From assembly GCA_041937185.1 (NCBI GenBank), contig CP166621.1, positions 2,324,571-2,388,570 of the forward strand: a DNA stretch of 64,000 nt, given 5' to 3'. How positions within the stretch are numbered: the stretch's first letter is position 1; each line of letters begins with the position of its first letter. Origin of the DNA: Leptolyngbya sp. BL-A-14 (GTDB taxonomy: Bacteria > Cyanobacteriota > Cyanobacteriia > Leptolyngbyales > Leptolyngbyaceae). The notes under the pieces are model-generated. The model saw nothing but the letters and a program-made list of their open reading frames with translations. It was not told where the DNA came from and did no database searches. Both the position numbers and the translations under genes were made by a program. Of this stretch, positions 1 to 10,231 are shown one piece after another.

Positions 1-579
1 CCGGGAATGGTGGCGCTGTCATCAATGGTGATTAGCTTTGGCGGCACAACGTTTTCGATTTGCGGCGATCGCCTCTTCACCAAAACCTTTGAAGAAATGC
101 TGTTGATGCCCGTGCATCCCTTGGCGCTGCATATTGGCAAGATGATGGCAGGCATTGTACGAGGCATGCTCACCGCTGGTTCTGTCATTCTGGTTGCGAT
201 TGTTTGCACAGGCAAAGTATGGAGCTTTCTAAACCCGCTGTTTTTGCTGGTGCTGCTGCTCAACTGTGCCGTTTTTTCAGCGTTGGGCGTAATTGTCGGG
301 CTCAACGTCAAATCGTTAGAAAGCGTCGGTATCTACAACAACTTTGTGATTGTGCCGATGTCGTTCCTGGGCGCGACCTTCTTTGACCCAGTGACGCTGC
401 CGATCGCGCTGAAAGTCATCGTTTATCTACTGCCATTGACCTATACCAGCCTGGGACTACGCGCAGCAGCGTATCTGCCCCTAACTCAGTTTCCCTGGTA
501 CGTCATTCCAGTGCTGCTGTTAGCGGCGATCGTCCTCTCGGCGATCGGGGCGCGTCAGTTTTCTCATCAGCAAGACTGA
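1..579 (+). CDS. ABC-2 family transporter permease, 5'-partial (frame continues off window start)
   Basis: Multi-TM hydrophobic ORF with ABC-2 permease-like composition; frame open back to position 1. Confidence 0.6.
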   Translation, partial: PGMVALSSMVISFGGTTFSICGDRLFTKTFEEMLLMPVHPLALHIGKMMAGIVRGMLTAGSVILVAIVCTGKVWSFLNPLFLLVLLLNCAVFSALGVIVGLNVKSLESVGIYNNFVIVPMSFLGATFFDPVTLPIALKVIVYLLPLTYTSLGLRAAAYLPLTQFPWYVIPVLLLAAIVLSAIGARQFSHQQD

Positions 580-591
580 GAAGAGGCAAAG

Positions 592-700
592 GGATGAGGG
601 ATGAAGGCTGAGGGATGAATTAGCTTTGAAGATTGGAGAGTGGAGACTACTCCCCACTCCCTATTCCCCACTCCCCACTCTCTACTTACTTCCGCGACTG
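592..700. repeat. STRR-like heptamer tracts (GGGATGA units, then CCCCACT units)
   Basis: Tandem 7-mers visible directly downstream of dnaA. Confidence 0.7.
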
Positions 701-2086
701 ACTGGCAAGGTTAATGCGATCGCCCAATTGCCGCAACGTCTGCGCCATGCTGGGATCATTCTCCTTAAGCTGAGCAATCTTGTCGCAGCTATACATGACG
801 GTGGTATGGTCTTTGCCGCCGAATTCTTCACCAATTTTGGGCAAGCTCAAGTCGGTGTGGTGCCGCATGAGATACATGCCAATCTGACGGGCAACGCTAA
901 TTTCGCGTCGGCGAGAACTCCCTTTCAGATCATCAACCGACACATCAAAGGCTTCCGCGATCGCCAGGATCACGACTTCTGGGGTGGCTTCCACCTTCTC
1001 CACAGGGGGATTGAGAACGGGTGAAATGTTCTCGACCGTCATGGGCAACCCCGAAATGGAAATGTAGGCAACGGCTCGAATCAGCGCTCCTTCCAGTTCA
1101 CGAATGTTGTTGGTGTAGCTGGAGGCGATGTACTCAATCACTTCGCGCGGCAGGCGCATATTTTCGTATTCGGCCTTCTTTTGCAGAATTGCCATGCGTG
1201 TTTCCAAGTCGGGCGGCTGAATGTCAGCAATCAAGCCCATTGAAAAGCGCGAGCAGAGCCGTTCTTGCAGGCGAGGAATCTGGTTAGGTGGGCGATCGGA
1301 TGCCAGCACCACCTGCTTTCCTGTCTCGTGCAAGGTGTTGAAGGTATGAAAAAACTCTTCCTGGGTATACTCCTTGCCCTCAATGAACTGAATATCGTCC
1401 ACCAGCAGCACATCCACCGCCCGATAGCGCTCTTGAAAGCTCTGCCGACTATCTTTGCGAATGGCCGTAATGAGATCGTTGGTGAACTGTTCAGTAGACA
1501 CATAGACAATGCGAGAGGTCGAACAGATTTCTAGCCGATAGTGCCCGATCGCCTGCATCAAATGCGTCTTGCCCAGCCCAACCCCACCGCACAGAAAAAG
1601 TGGGTTAAACTCCCGTCCAGGCGATTCTGCGACGGCGAGAGAGGCTGCATGGGCCATGCGGTTATTGGAACCCACAACCAGCCGCGAAAACACGTATTTG
1701 GAATTTAACTCACTGCGCGCACTGTTGACAGTTGCAGGAGCCGCTGCCTGGGGAGAAGACGGAGGCTCAGCAAGGGTCTCGTGGGATGGCAATGGCCAAA
1801 ACATTTCAGCATTGTCGGTTGTCGCATCGTCACCCTGCGCGATCGTGATATGGATGTCGATCGAATGGCCCATCACCTCTTGGACAACCTCAGCAATGGT
1901 TTTGATGTAGTACTTTTGCAGCCAATTGCGCGCAAAGGGATTGGGCGTACGTATGACCAGGCAATTGCCATCCAATTGCTCCGCCACGGCAGTTTTGATC
2001 CAGGTTTCAAAGGTCGGGCGACTAAGCTGTACTTGCAAGCGTTCCAGCACTTGTGTCCAAAGATTTTCGAGCGTAATTTCGACCAC
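686..2086 (-). CDS. dnaA: chromosomal replication initiator protein DnaA
   Basis: 466 aa; Walker [10 protein letters not shown] in an AAA+ core; C-terminal DnaA DNA-binding domain (…[18 protein letters not shown]…). Confidence 0.95.
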   Translation of the reverse strand: MVEITLENLWTQVLERLQVQLSRPTFETWIKTAVAEQLDGNCLVIRTPNPFARNWLQKYYIKTIAEVVQEVMGHSIDIHITIAQGDDATTDNAEMFWPLPSHETLAEPPSSPQAAAPATVNSARSELNSKYVFSRLVVGSNNRMAHAASLAVAESPGREFNPLFLCGGVGLGKTHLMQAIGHYRLEICSTSRIVYVSTEQFTNDLITAIRKDSRQSFQERYRAVDVLLVDDIQFIEGKEYTQEEFFHTFNTLHETGKQVVLASDRPPNQIPRLQERLCSRFSMGLIADIQPPDLETRMAILQKKAEYENMRLPREVIEYIASSYTNNIRELEGALIRAVAYISISGLPMTVENISPVLNPPVEKVEATPEVVILAIAEAFDVSVDDLKGSSRRREISVARQIGMYLMRHHTDLSLPKIGEEFGGKDHTTVMYSCDKIAQLKENDPSMAQTLRQLGDRINLASQSRK

Positions 2087-2546
2087 GAATCCTTACCCCT
2101 TACCAATGAATGGCGACATGAACCAGAGTGAACCAGAGATCCCGACTCCCTTGCGGGAAGCAATCTCTACCTCGCCCCAAAAGCACTGCGTTGCCCTCAA
2201 AAGATGCACCGAAATCAATCTAATCGCAAGCCCAAGGTGAGCAAATTTACAATGGGTTAGCCGTCCAAATTAAGCGATATAGCTCTACATATAGCGTTTA
2301 ATCTATTTAGGTAGTTTACTAGTAGCGTATCAGATCTTGCTGGAGATGTTCATTCCTAAGTGCAGCCATCCTGAGGTTTTAACCAGGACTGTACAGGCAG
2401 AGTGATGAGTTTGGACAATGCGATCGATGGCAAAATGACTTGCTCATTCACTAGCAGAAGAGAAGTCTACCCGATTTTCACCAGCAAGCGACAGCACTTA
2501 GACCATCTTTAGATTTCGTGAGGATAGAGGGCAGGAGGAAGGAGAG

Positions 2547-2604
2547 TTTTGAGTTTTGAGTTTTGAGTTTTAGTTGATTGCGCGGTCAGCAGGGAGTTTT
2601 GAGT
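2547..2604. repeat. STRR-like heptamer tract (GAGTTTT)n; continues as GTTTTTAG units at 3566-3585 on the other side of the IS
   Basis: gagttttgagttttgagttttag…gggagttttgagttttgggtttag. Confidence 0.8.
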
Positions 2605-3522
2605 TTTGGGTTTAGAGGCTGTTTGAAAAGTCGTCTAGACCGTAAAAAAGCTCACACGGTAGGCTGTCAGTAGTGAAGTCCAGCCCCGTGAGAGCGATGG
2701 TTAAATTCTACTCAAGCAACCTGACCCGCGCCCAATTTGACTTAATCCAGCCGCTGCTGCCGCCTGCCAAACCCGGTGGTCGCCCGCGCAGTACCAATCT
2801 GTGGGCAGTGCTGAACGCCATTTTTTACGTGGTCACGCAGGGCTGTAAATGGCGAGACATTCCTGGCGACTTTCCCGCGTGGCAAACGGTGTACACCTAC
2901 TTCCGCAACTGGCGCAAGGACGGCACCTGGCAAGCGCTCCATGAGCGGTTACGAGCGTGGACACGGGTCGCGACTGGACGCCCCGAAAGTCCTTCCGAGG
3001 TGATTCTCGATAGTCAAACGGTACCCACGGTGGCGATGGTGCAACAGGCCGTGGGGTTTGACTGCTTCAAAGCCACCAAAGGGCGTAAACGGCATACCGT
3101 CGTGGATACACTGGGTTTAGTGATGGTTGTATTGGTGACCGCAGCGAGTCTACCGGAACGCGAGGGCGGCAAACGGGTGCTGCAACGACTGTCTGAGCTG
3201 GGTGCGAAAGTCTGTCGCCTCTACCTCGTCTGGGTCGATGGTGGCTATAGTGGTCAACCCTTTGTGCAATGGGTGATGGATCGCTTCCGCTGGGTCATTT
3301 ACCCCGTGCTGCGCCCTGAACAGACTAAAGGCTTTGTGCTCCTGAAAAAGCGTTGGATTGTCGAACGGACGTTTGGCTGGTGGCAATGGTATCGGCGGCT
3401 CAATTGTGATTATGAACTACTTCCAGAAACCGCTGAAACCATGATTTATCTCGCGATGATCCGACTCATGGTGCGACGGTTGGCGTAATTTGTCACACCC
3501 CTCCCCCTTTTCAAACAGCCTC
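2605..3522 (+). mobile_element. IS5-family (IS427/IS1031-like) insertion sequence, about 918 bp, with 16-19 bp terminal inverted repeats and a TTA flanking direct repeat
   Basis: Left end gaggctgtttgaaaag (2605-2620); right end cttttcaaacagcctc (3507-3522) is its exact reverse complement; one transposase ORF inside; TTA on both flanks. Confidence 0.8.
2673..3488 (+). CDS. IS5-family DDE transposase
   Basis: 271 aa; typical IS5/IS4-superfamily motifs (…VDTLGL…DGGYSG…KRWIVERTFGW…). Confidence 0.85.
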   Translation: MKSSPVRAMVKFYSSNLTRAQFDLIQPLLPPAKPGGRPRSTNLWAVLNAIFYVVTQGCKWRDIPGDFPAWQTVYTYFRNWRKDGTWQALHERLRAWTRVATGRPESPSEVILDSQTVPTVAMVQQAVGFDCFKATKGRKRHTVVDTLGLVMVVLVTAASLPEREGGKRVLQRLSELGAKVCRLYLVWVDGGYSGQPFVQWVMDRFRWVIYPVLRPEQTKGFVLLKKRWIVERTFGWWQWYRRLNCDYELLPETAETMIYLAMIRLMVRRLA

Positions 3523-3637
3523 TTAGTCAGTTTTAAAGCCTTCGGCATGGCTTCGCTAGAGGAGTTGGTTTTTAGTTTTTAGCTAGAACAAGCGCTGCCT
3601 TTTCTCTCCTTCTAACAACTAACAACCAAAAACCCTC

Positions 3638-3676
3638 CTGCCCTCTGCCTTCTGCCCTCTGCCTTCTGCCTTCCTC
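3638..3676. repeat. STRR-like heptamer tract CTGCC(T/C)T; reverse complement of the GGCAGAR tracts at 54.8 and 57.4 kb
   Basis: ctgccctctgccttctgccctctgccttctgccttc. Confidence 0.7.
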
Positions 3677-4109
3677 ACGCAGGTTGTGCTGGTTCTGGCA
3701 GACTGGCTTCCATTTTGAGGCAGTTGAGACCATCCACTTGCAGTTGATATTCAACACGATCCATCAGGCGATTGAGGATGAGCCAACCATAACCACCTTC
3801 TTGCAGAAGCTCTGGAGTGGGCTCCGTGTAGGCTGTCACATCGTAGCCAACGCCATGATCCCAGATTTCAAGCGCAATATCACGATCGTGCAGCTCCAGG
3901 CGAATTAACACTGGCAGCGCAGGCTGATCTTTGTGTGCATGGCGGACAACATTTGAATAGGCTTCAACCAGGACTAGCCGCAAGCGATTGGACTGCCGTG
4001 TCCAATCGACATGATTGCCCAGTTCTACCTCCAGGCTACCCAGAAGCCAGTTTTCGACAATGGATAAAAACTTTAGGTCACTGGGTACGTGTAGCTCAGT
4101 TCTCATCAA
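3675..4109 (-). CDS. anti-sigma regulatory factor / serine protein kinase (RsbW/SpoIIAB-like HATPase_c)
   Basis: 144 aa; GHKL ATPase-like motifs (…VEAYSNVVRHAH…DHGVGYD…GYGW…); directly follows a PP2C gene. Confidence 0.75.
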   Translation of the reverse strand: MMRTELHVPSDLKFLSIVENWLLGSLEVELGNHVDWTRQSNRLRLVLVEAYSNVVRHAHKDQPALPVLIRLELHDRDIALEIWDHGVGYDVTAYTEPTPELLQEGGYGWLILNRLMDRVEYQLQVDGLNCLKMEASLPEPAQPA

Positions 4110-5837
4110 CTACAGAACCTCCAGAGAGAGTATAGTCTGGTCGTCTTCTTGAATTGTATTGTGTGCTCGAATCCGTGAAAGCAAGTGGCTGAGGTCAAGG
4201 GGAGCATGTTCTTGCATCAGCATTCGCCACAAGCCAGCCTGTTGCAGCATCGCCGTTACGGTTTGCGGCGTTTTCATTGTCCCGTTGTCAGCCGTCGCGA
4301 CTGTCGCCTCCGTAATGCCATCGCTGGTTAGAAGCATCACCTCACCAGAGTTAAGCTCCACACGACCGGAAGCAGCCTTCCAGATCGGTAGAATGCCCAG
4401 CGGCACACCCCGTACTTTCAGGTACTGGGGTTCTACCACCGCTGTTCCCTGCGCGGCGACTTGGGCAGCAACCTTACGGCTAGACCACACCAGCGGATAG
4501 ATGTGTCCGGCATTTGCATAGACCAGTTGCCGAGTGGAAGGGCTGTAGCGTGCCAGCACCATCGTGATGAAGCAGTTAGTACTAACCAGATCCTCGGAAA
4601 GGCTACGGTTTAGGTTTTGCATCACAAGATGCGGTTCAGGCGGTGATTCTTGAGACAATTCCCGCCGAAGTACAGAAATAGCGCTTGCCATAAACAGCGC
4701 TGCGGGTACGCCCTTACCAGACACATCACCCACGGCTAACCAAATGTCGCCTTGAGGATGGGCATAAACTTCAAAAAAGTCGCCGCCAACTTCGCGGGCG
4801 GGAAAGCAGCACGCCTGGACTTTCATCCCATCTAGGTCAGGAAGAGTTTGGCGTAACAAATTGCCTTGGATCTGGCGAGCGACGGCGAGTTCTGCCCGCA
4901 TCTGTTCTGCTTGTTCCTGAGTGCGCTGGTAGAGTTTTGCCTGCGAAAGCGCAAGGGCCGCTTGATCTGCCACTCCTTGAAGCAATTCGATGTCTTCTGC
5001 TAGCCAGGGTGGGTCGATCGGCTCGCGATACAGCGACAGGATCGCCAGAAACTCTTGCTGATAAAGAAGGGGCACAACCAACTGAAACTCTTTTTCAGCC
5101 ACCCCTTGCGCGACCTGTAGCTGACGGGTCTGGAGAACCGTTTGAAGAAGAGCATCCTCATCAGTCGTCATTGCAAGCGGCTGTATGCCATCAGGTTGTG
5201 GCTGTTGGGATAGATTGCTGTAGGTCAACGCCGTTGGCTCCAGGCAATCATTAAGGATCGGTCGTAAAACACATCGACTGGCCGCAAACGTTCGCCCTAA
5301 CGTCTCGGCAATGGTTTGTAGCATGCTGCTGTAGTCCAGCGATTCACGAATTGCTGTTGTCATCGTGTTGAACAGCGACTCGCGCCGCAGTGCTCGCCGC
5401 AGTTCGTTTGTGCGCTGCTTTAAAACTTGATACGTCTCAGCCGCCTGTTCTACCACACTTCTCAGTTGGTCAGGATTCCAGGGCTTAGTGATGTATTTGA
5501 ACACCTTACCTGCGTTAATGGCTTCGACCAAATCTTCTACGTCCGTGTAGCCAGTGAGCACAATCCGAATCGTGTCAGGGTAGCGATCGACGGTCTTGCT
5601 CAGAAATTCCGTCCCCAGCATTTCAGGCATTCGCTGGTCTGAAATAATGATCGCCATTTCTCCTTGCTGTTCCAGGATTTGTAGCGCGTCGATCGCACTT
5701 TCCGCCGTGATCACCTCAAAGTTGCGGCGAAACGTCCGATAAAGCAAATCCAGGTTGTCAGGTTCATCATCGACAACCATCAATTTGAGCTTTGTAACCA
5801 TTCCCTGAGCCATGCCAATACTCCATGTTAGGCACAA
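4110..5837 (-). CDS. response-regulator receiver-GAF-PP2C (SpoIIE/RsbU-like) serine phosphatase
   Basis: N-terminal REC (MVVDDEPDN…ISDQRMP…); C-terminal PP2C motifs (GGDFFEV…GDVSGKGVPAALFMA…); listed ORF starts at TTG, with ATG alternatives at 5813 and 5801. Confidence 0.85.
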   Translation of the reverse strand: MCLTWSIGMAQGMVTKLKLMVVDDEPDNLDLLYRTFRRNFEVITAESAIDALQILEQQGEMAIIISDQRMPEMLGTEFLSKTVDRYPDTIRIVLTGYTDVEDLVEAINAGKVFKYITKPWNPDQLRSVVEQAAETYQVLKQRTNELRRALRRESLFNTMTTAIRESLDYSSMLQTIAETLGRTFAASRCVLRPILNDCLEPTALTYSNLSQQPQPDGIQPLAMTTDEDALLQTVLQTRQLQVAQGVAEKEFQLVVPLLYQQEFLAILSLYREPIDPPWLAEDIELLQGVADQAALALSQAKLYQRTQEQAEQMRAELAVARQIQGNLLRQTLPDLDGMKVQACCFPAREVGGDFFEVYAHPQGDIWLAVGDVSGKGVPAALFMASAISVLRRELSQESPPEPHLVMQNLNRSLSEDLVSTNCFITMVLARYSPSTRQLVYANAGHIYPLVWSSRKVAAQVAAQGTAVVEPQYLKVRGVPLGILPIWKAASGRVELNSGEVMLLTSDGITEATVATADNGTMKTPQTVTAMLQQAGLWRMLMQEHAPLDLSHLLSRIRAHNTIQEDDQTILSLEVL

Positions 5838-5862
5838 AAGTGCCCTGCTGCTGAACTCTAGC

Positions 5863-5897
5863 CACCACTACGCTTTATTTACGCTTTATTTACGCTT
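5863..5897. repeat. Tandem 11-mer CGCTTTATTTA x3
   Basis: cgctttatttacgctttatttacgctttatt. Confidence 0.7.
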
Positions 5898-6069
5898 TAT
5901 TAAAGTAAAGTACCCCATACAGATGGGGCGTGAACAATGTGGCAAGAGAGGGATGAGTGGTAAGGAGGGCGGTAAGGGAGAAGCGATGAAGGGAAAGGGC
6001 TTTCTGTCGGTCGTGACGACCTTTAGCTATCAGCTATTAACCACCAGCTATCAGCATAATTTACCGCTG

Positions 6070-6130
6070 GTTCCTGCCTTCGGGTTCCTGCCTTCGGGCT
6101 CCTGCCTTCTGCCCTACTCCCCACTCCCTC
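6070..6130. repeat. Tandem 14-mer (GGTTCCTGCCTTCG) x3 followed by CCCCACTCC
   Basis: ggttcctgccttcgggttcctgccttcgggctcctgccttctgccc. Confidence 0.7.
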
Positions 6131-6133
6131 ATT

Positions 6134-6433
6134 TCAAAGTTCCGGTTTGGGCAACAACCGCAGAAATTTGACAATCTGTCCGGTAATTTCGAGGCTGATG
6201 AAGTAGCGATCGAGGGTGAAGCGGTAAAAAATCTCGCTGTTGCCGAGTGGACGAAAGGCTGGTAGTGCGTAGAGCTGATGAATGCTGGTGAACTCTTCAA
6301 AGACAAATTGCTGAATCTGCTGACGATCGGAGGGTTCCAGATGCTTGAGATCCAGCAGAAACGATCGCTCATACCGAACTTCTAGTCCCTTAAGACCGGG
6401 TATCTTGCGGGTTGTGAAAGGCTTAGCGTTCAT
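6134..6433 (-). CDS. RelE/ParE-family type II toxin (putative)
   Basis: 99 aa; C-terminal …GNSEIFYRFTLDRYFISLEITGQIVKFLRL fits the RelE/ParE pattern (YR…GdYRiiY…v-ilrv-HR); lies 18 bp downstream of a small antitoxin-like ORF. Confidence 0.5.
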   Translation of the reverse strand: MNAKPFTTRKIPGLKGLEVRYERSFLLDLKHLEPSDRQQIQQFVFEEFTSIHQLYALPAFRPLGNSEIFYRFTLDRYFISLEITGQIVKFLRLLPKPEL

Positions 6434-6451
6434 AAGTGTTTCAGCGCCTCG

Positions 6452-6649
6452 CTATAACAGCGATAGAAAACGAAGGGCTTCTTCACGGGTTAAGGTATCT
6501 CCTGGCCTCAACGTCTGTTTAGAGGCTTGCGTGGCTCTCAGCACGTAGCAGTCGCAATAGAGTTCAGCTAGCACAGCCCAAATGTCCTGCAATTCGTCGT
6601 CTGACAGGTGCTCAACCAGGCGATGGATTCGTTCTTTTAGAAGACTCAT
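6452..6649 (-). CDS. putative antitoxin (65 aa) paired with the RelE/ParE-like toxin
   Basis: In-frame ATG at 6649 gives MSLLKERIHRLVEHLSDDELQDIWAVLAELY…; small, acidic, immediately upstream of the toxin; the longer 138-aa listed ORF is probably over-extended. Confidence 0.45.
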   Translation of the reverse strand: MSLLKERIHRLVEHLSDDELQDIWAVLAELYCDCYVLRATQASKQTLRPGDTLTREEALRFLSLL

Positions 6650-6878
6650 GACGGCTCCAACAGAGGAATGTGAAACCAGAGCACGATCGTATGGTCTCAA
6701 TCGCATAGGCTTAAAATGCCCCGAAAGCTGGCTAAAATCGCGTGGGTCAGACAATCCGAAGTGACGATCGTGGTTTGAAGCAGCAGTCTGTGTGATAGCC
6801 GTCTGAGTGTGATGGCTCGTATAAGATCGATCGCTACGGGTGCAAATAGCCTGATACGATACGTCCAATTGCCTCTAG

Positions 6879-8081
6879 TTGCCATTGCTCATGCTCGATC
6901 TCAGCGGCATTCTGCTGTTTTTTACGCCCGGTTATCTTGTCTCGCTCATCATCTTCACGGCGACCTTTGCGTTGTTTAGCCTGGGGTTGAATTTGCAGTG
7001 GGGCTTTACGGGACTGATTAACTTTGGGCATATCGCCTTTATGACCGTTGGGGCCTATGCCACTGTGCTATTAAGCATGAAGGGAGTGCCGCTGGTGCTG
7101 GCGGTGTTGATTGGAGCGGGACTAGCGGCTGGGCTGGGTTTGCTAATTGGGCTGTCTACGCTGCGGTTGCGAGAAGACTATTTGGCGATCGTCACCATTG
7201 GTGTATCAGAGGTCATTCGCCTGGTGGCCCTTAACGAAGAATGGCTGACACAAGGCGCACGCGGCGTTTACAGCTATCCCCTACCCCTGGAAGCGCTCAC
7301 CAGACCGACCTTCATCAGCAAAATTGGGATGATTGGCATCTGGACGGCCATTTTTGCACTGGCTGGCTGGCAGTTGTGGCGCTGGACGTGGAAACGGCTC
7401 GATCGCTTGGGGCAAAGAGATACCCGTGAGGGCACGCAACCAGGACAAATCGGTAAGCTCTCCCTGGGCATCGCAACGGCTCTTTTGGGGCTGCTGCTGT
7501 ACTGGGCTGGCGCAGTTTCACTCTACAACTATTCCTATAAAGCAGGTCTCATGCTGGTGCTGGTCATCGTGCTGGCGTTAGTCTACTGGCGCTTAGAAGC
7601 ACTGGTGCGATCGCCGTGGGGTCGGGTGCTCAAAGCCATTCGTGAAGATGAGGAAATCGCGAAAGCATTGGGCAAGAATGTGTTCTGGTACAAGCTGCAA
7701 TCGCTCATGCTGGGCGGGGCGATCGCTGGCATTGCGGGAGCCTTTTATGCGTGGCAGCTCAGCTTCATTAATCCGGATGGCTTTATTCCGCTGATTACGT
7801 TTCAGGCATGGACGATCGTGGTTCTCGGTGGGGCTGGCAACAATGCGGGAACGCTGCTGGGAGCCACCATCTTTTGGGCCTACAACTCAGTCACGCGGTT
7901 TCTGCTGCCTGCGATCGCCCCCGCGCTACACGCGATCGTCCCTGCCATTCCGCCTCAGCTTGATGAAGGCAGAGCTGGAGCCTTTCGGATTATGATTATT
8001 GGCTTGCTGTTGATTGTGATGATGATGGCGCGACCGCAAGGCATTTTAGGCAAGAAGGAGGAACTCTCTCTTGGTCGATGA
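6879..8081 (+). CDS. branched-chain/neutral amino-acid ABC transporter permease (LivM/NatC-like)
   Basis: 400 aa multi-TM permease with a LivM-like central loop; overlaps the following LivG-like ATPase. Confidence 0.85.
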   Translation: MPLLMLDLSGILLFFTPGYLVSLIIFTATFALFSLGLNLQWGFTGLINFGHIAFMTVGAYATVLLSMKGVPLVLAVLIGAGLAAGLGLLIGLSTLRLREDYLAIVTIGVSEVIRLVALNEEWLTQGARGVYSYPLPLEALTRPTFISKIGMIGIWTAIFALAGWQLWRWTWKRLDRLGQRDTREGTQPGQIGKLSLGIATALLGLLLYWAGAVSLYNYSYKAGLMLVLVIVLALVYWRLEALVRSPWGRVLKAIREDEEIAKALGKNVFWYKLQSLMLGGAIAGIAGAFYAWQLSFINPDGFIPLITFQAWTIVVLGGAGNNAGTLLGATIFWAYNSVTRFLLPAIAPALHAIVPAIPPQLDEGRAGAFRIMIIGLLLIVMMMARPQGILGKKEELSLGR

Positions 8082-8946
8082 ACCACCCAATGACGTTGAT
8101 CCGCTCGAACACGTGACCCATCCTGATAGTGAGGATCTAGCAGACATTTTGGCAGACGTGGAACCGATTGATCGTCCTGCTAAGTTACAACTCCCCCTTC
8201 TGGCAGCAAGTGGGCTGATCAAAAGTTTTGGCGGGCTGATAGCGGTCGATCAAGTATCGATCGAAGTCGCCAAAGGCAGCATCACGGGACTCATTGGCCC
8301 CAACGGCGCGGGCAAAACCACGCTATTTAATCTGCTTTCCAACTTTATCCATCCCGACCAGGGGCGTGTGCTGTTCGATGGCGAACCGGTTCACCAACTC
8401 CAGTCCTACCAGATCGCTCAACAAGGCATGATTCGCACGTTTCAGGTGGCACGGGTGTTGTCTCGTCTCTCGGTGCTGGAAAACATGCTGCTGGCAACCC
8501 AACATCAGACGGGCGAAAATTTTTGGTTCACTTGGTTTAAGCAAAAGCAGATTGCGGCTGAAGAACGCCAGCAGCGCGATCGCGCTATGACCATTCTGGA
8601 GTCGATCGGGCTAGCGCACATGGCACACGAATACGCAGGAGCCTTATCGGGCGGTCAGCGGAAGCTACTGGAAATGGGACGAGCGCTCATGAGCCAACCC
8701 AAGCTGATCCTGCTCGATGAACCTGCTGCTGGCGTGAATCCCACATTAATCAACCAGATTTGCGATCGCATCCTCACCTGGAACCGCGAAGGACTTACCT
8801 TTCTCATCATCGAACACAATATGGATGTGATTATGTCCCTGTGCGATCGGGTTTGGGTGCTGGCAGAAGGTCGTAACCTCGCCGTTGGCACCCCCACCGA
8901 AATTCAAACGAACCCTCAGGTTCTAGAAGCTTATCTCGGACAGTAA
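8071..8946 (+). CDS. amino-acid ABC transporter ATP-binding protein (LivG/NatA-like)
   Basis: Walker A GPNGAGKTT, ABC signature LSGGQRK, Walker B ILLDEPAAG. Confidence 0.85.
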   Translation: MVDEPPNDVDPLEHVTHPDSEDLADILADVEPIDRPAKLQLPLLAASGLIKSFGGLIAVDQVSIEVAKGSITGLIGPNGAGKTTLFNLLSNFIHPDQGRVLFDGEPVHQLQSYQIAQQGMIRTFQVARVLSRLSVLENMLLATQHQTGENFWFTWFKQKQIAAEERQQRDRAMTILESIGLAHMAHEYAGALSGGQRKLLEMGRALMSQPKLILLDEPAAGVNPTLINQICDRILTWNREGLTFLIIEHNMDVIMSLCDRVWVLAEGRNLAVGTPTEIQTNPQVLEAYLGQ

Positions 8947-9673
8947 ATCTACACACTTTTTACGCCTGAGTTACCCCTGCTACTTTACATAAAAGGCAAT
9001 TCTCTAGGAGAGAAAGGGAATCGACTGCCCCCCCTTACACCCGTTGAGCGTATCTGCTGAGGGTCGCGTTGAAGATTAAAAAGGCTAAGGTTTCGTTCTT
9101 GAAACTAGTACAACGCAAGAGTCTACGGGCTGTTTGCGGTAGCGGGATAGCCTGCCCCTAACTGCTGCTCGTAGATCTGGCGCGATCGCACCTACTACGA
9201 TTCTGTTTTGGCGTAGCGTCCTTGCGAACGGTACAACCCCACCAAATCATTCAGGCTAGCCCTTATGGGTCACAGTAGAGAGAGGGCTATAGAGTTGGGA
9301 AGAACCTTTGAGACGGCGCTCAGTGTCCTCTGCCAGCTGCGAGAGCGGCTCGACCAACGCTTTGGTTTGTTGATGTGTATACCCAACGGTATGGTGGTTG
9401 ATGGTCAGACGTGCGTAGCTTTGCCGCCTTTGAGGACTTCATTTGTTCCCATACAGCTCGGCAAGATTTTTGAGTTTTACGGGCATGGTTCCCCATTTGG
9501 CGATCGCAAACTGTATTCTAAAAATGGGTCTTATAAAGCCGCCCTGTGAGTCTGAACCGCACTTGAAGTTGTTGCCTGATTTACAACCAGCAAGTGCATA
9601 CAAGAGTTTTTTTCACTTGAGAGATCCCTAAGCGGGTGGGAATACTGAAGGAAAGTTTGGCAATGTTAGACGC

Positions 9674-10099
9674 ATGTGGCGAAGGCTCAGGAACATTTTT
9701 GATAGTTTGAGGACTTACGCCGATCTCAGCCCTGATCTGCGCACGCGTCAACGGGTCAATCAGTGCTTGCGCGATCGTCCTGCCCTTAGCGCAGAGGAAT
9801 GGTTTCAAGCCTTTTGGCAGCCGCAGGGAATCGCCCAACCGATCGCTGATTTTGTGTACACCTACCTACCAAAGTATTCGGGTCTGGATGTTGCCAGGGT
9901 ACGCCCCCACGATCGCCTGAATGAAGACCTGTATTTGCCACTCGTCTGCTGGTTCGACTGGAATCTTTCCCTGTGCGAGGACTTTCTGGCACGTTTTGGC
10001 ATTGACCTAAGCGAGCACTTTGATCCCTATCAGCATGGGACGATCGAGGACTTGATGGTTTTTCTCAATCATCAGCTACTCTCGGTCAACCGTTCTTAA
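9674..10099 (+). CDS. hypothetical protein
   Basis: 141-aa ORF with ordinary composition and no recognisable motifs. Confidence 0.35.
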   Translation: MWRRLRNIFDSLRTYADLSPDLRTRQRVNQCLRDRPALSAEEWFQAFWQPQGIAQPIADFVYTYLPKYSGLDVARVRPHDRLNEDLYLPLVCWFDWNLSLCEDFLARFGIDLSEHFDPYQHGTIEDLMVFLNHQLLSVNRS

Positions 10100-10231
10100 C
10101 CCATTCCTCAAAGCAGTTCTGAGATGGTGAACAAGCTGAACATTAGGAATGGCTGCAGTCGCCGATAAACTTAACCATCCTGCTTGACACGTTCCACACT
10201 TAAGCTGTTATGATAAACGCTGGTAACGCAT

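Noticed and set aside
204-386. 60-aa ORF inside the ABC-2 permease gene in another frame
   Set aside because: Fully nested in a longer, better-supported ORF; Arg/Cys-rich translation typical of an out-of-frame read of GC-rich coding DNA
626-1024. 132-aa plus-strand ORF overlapping the dnaA 3' end
   Set aside because: Antisense to a confidently identified dnaA; begins in an STRR tract
2090-2600. oriC with DnaA-box cluster directly upstream of dnaA
   Set aside because: Could not find repeated TTATCCACA/TTTTCCACA-like 9-mers by eye; left as an open question rather than a feature
9265-9549. 94-aa ORF in the intergenic region after the LivG-like gene
   Set aside because: No RBS or motif support and atypical composition; possibly non-coding
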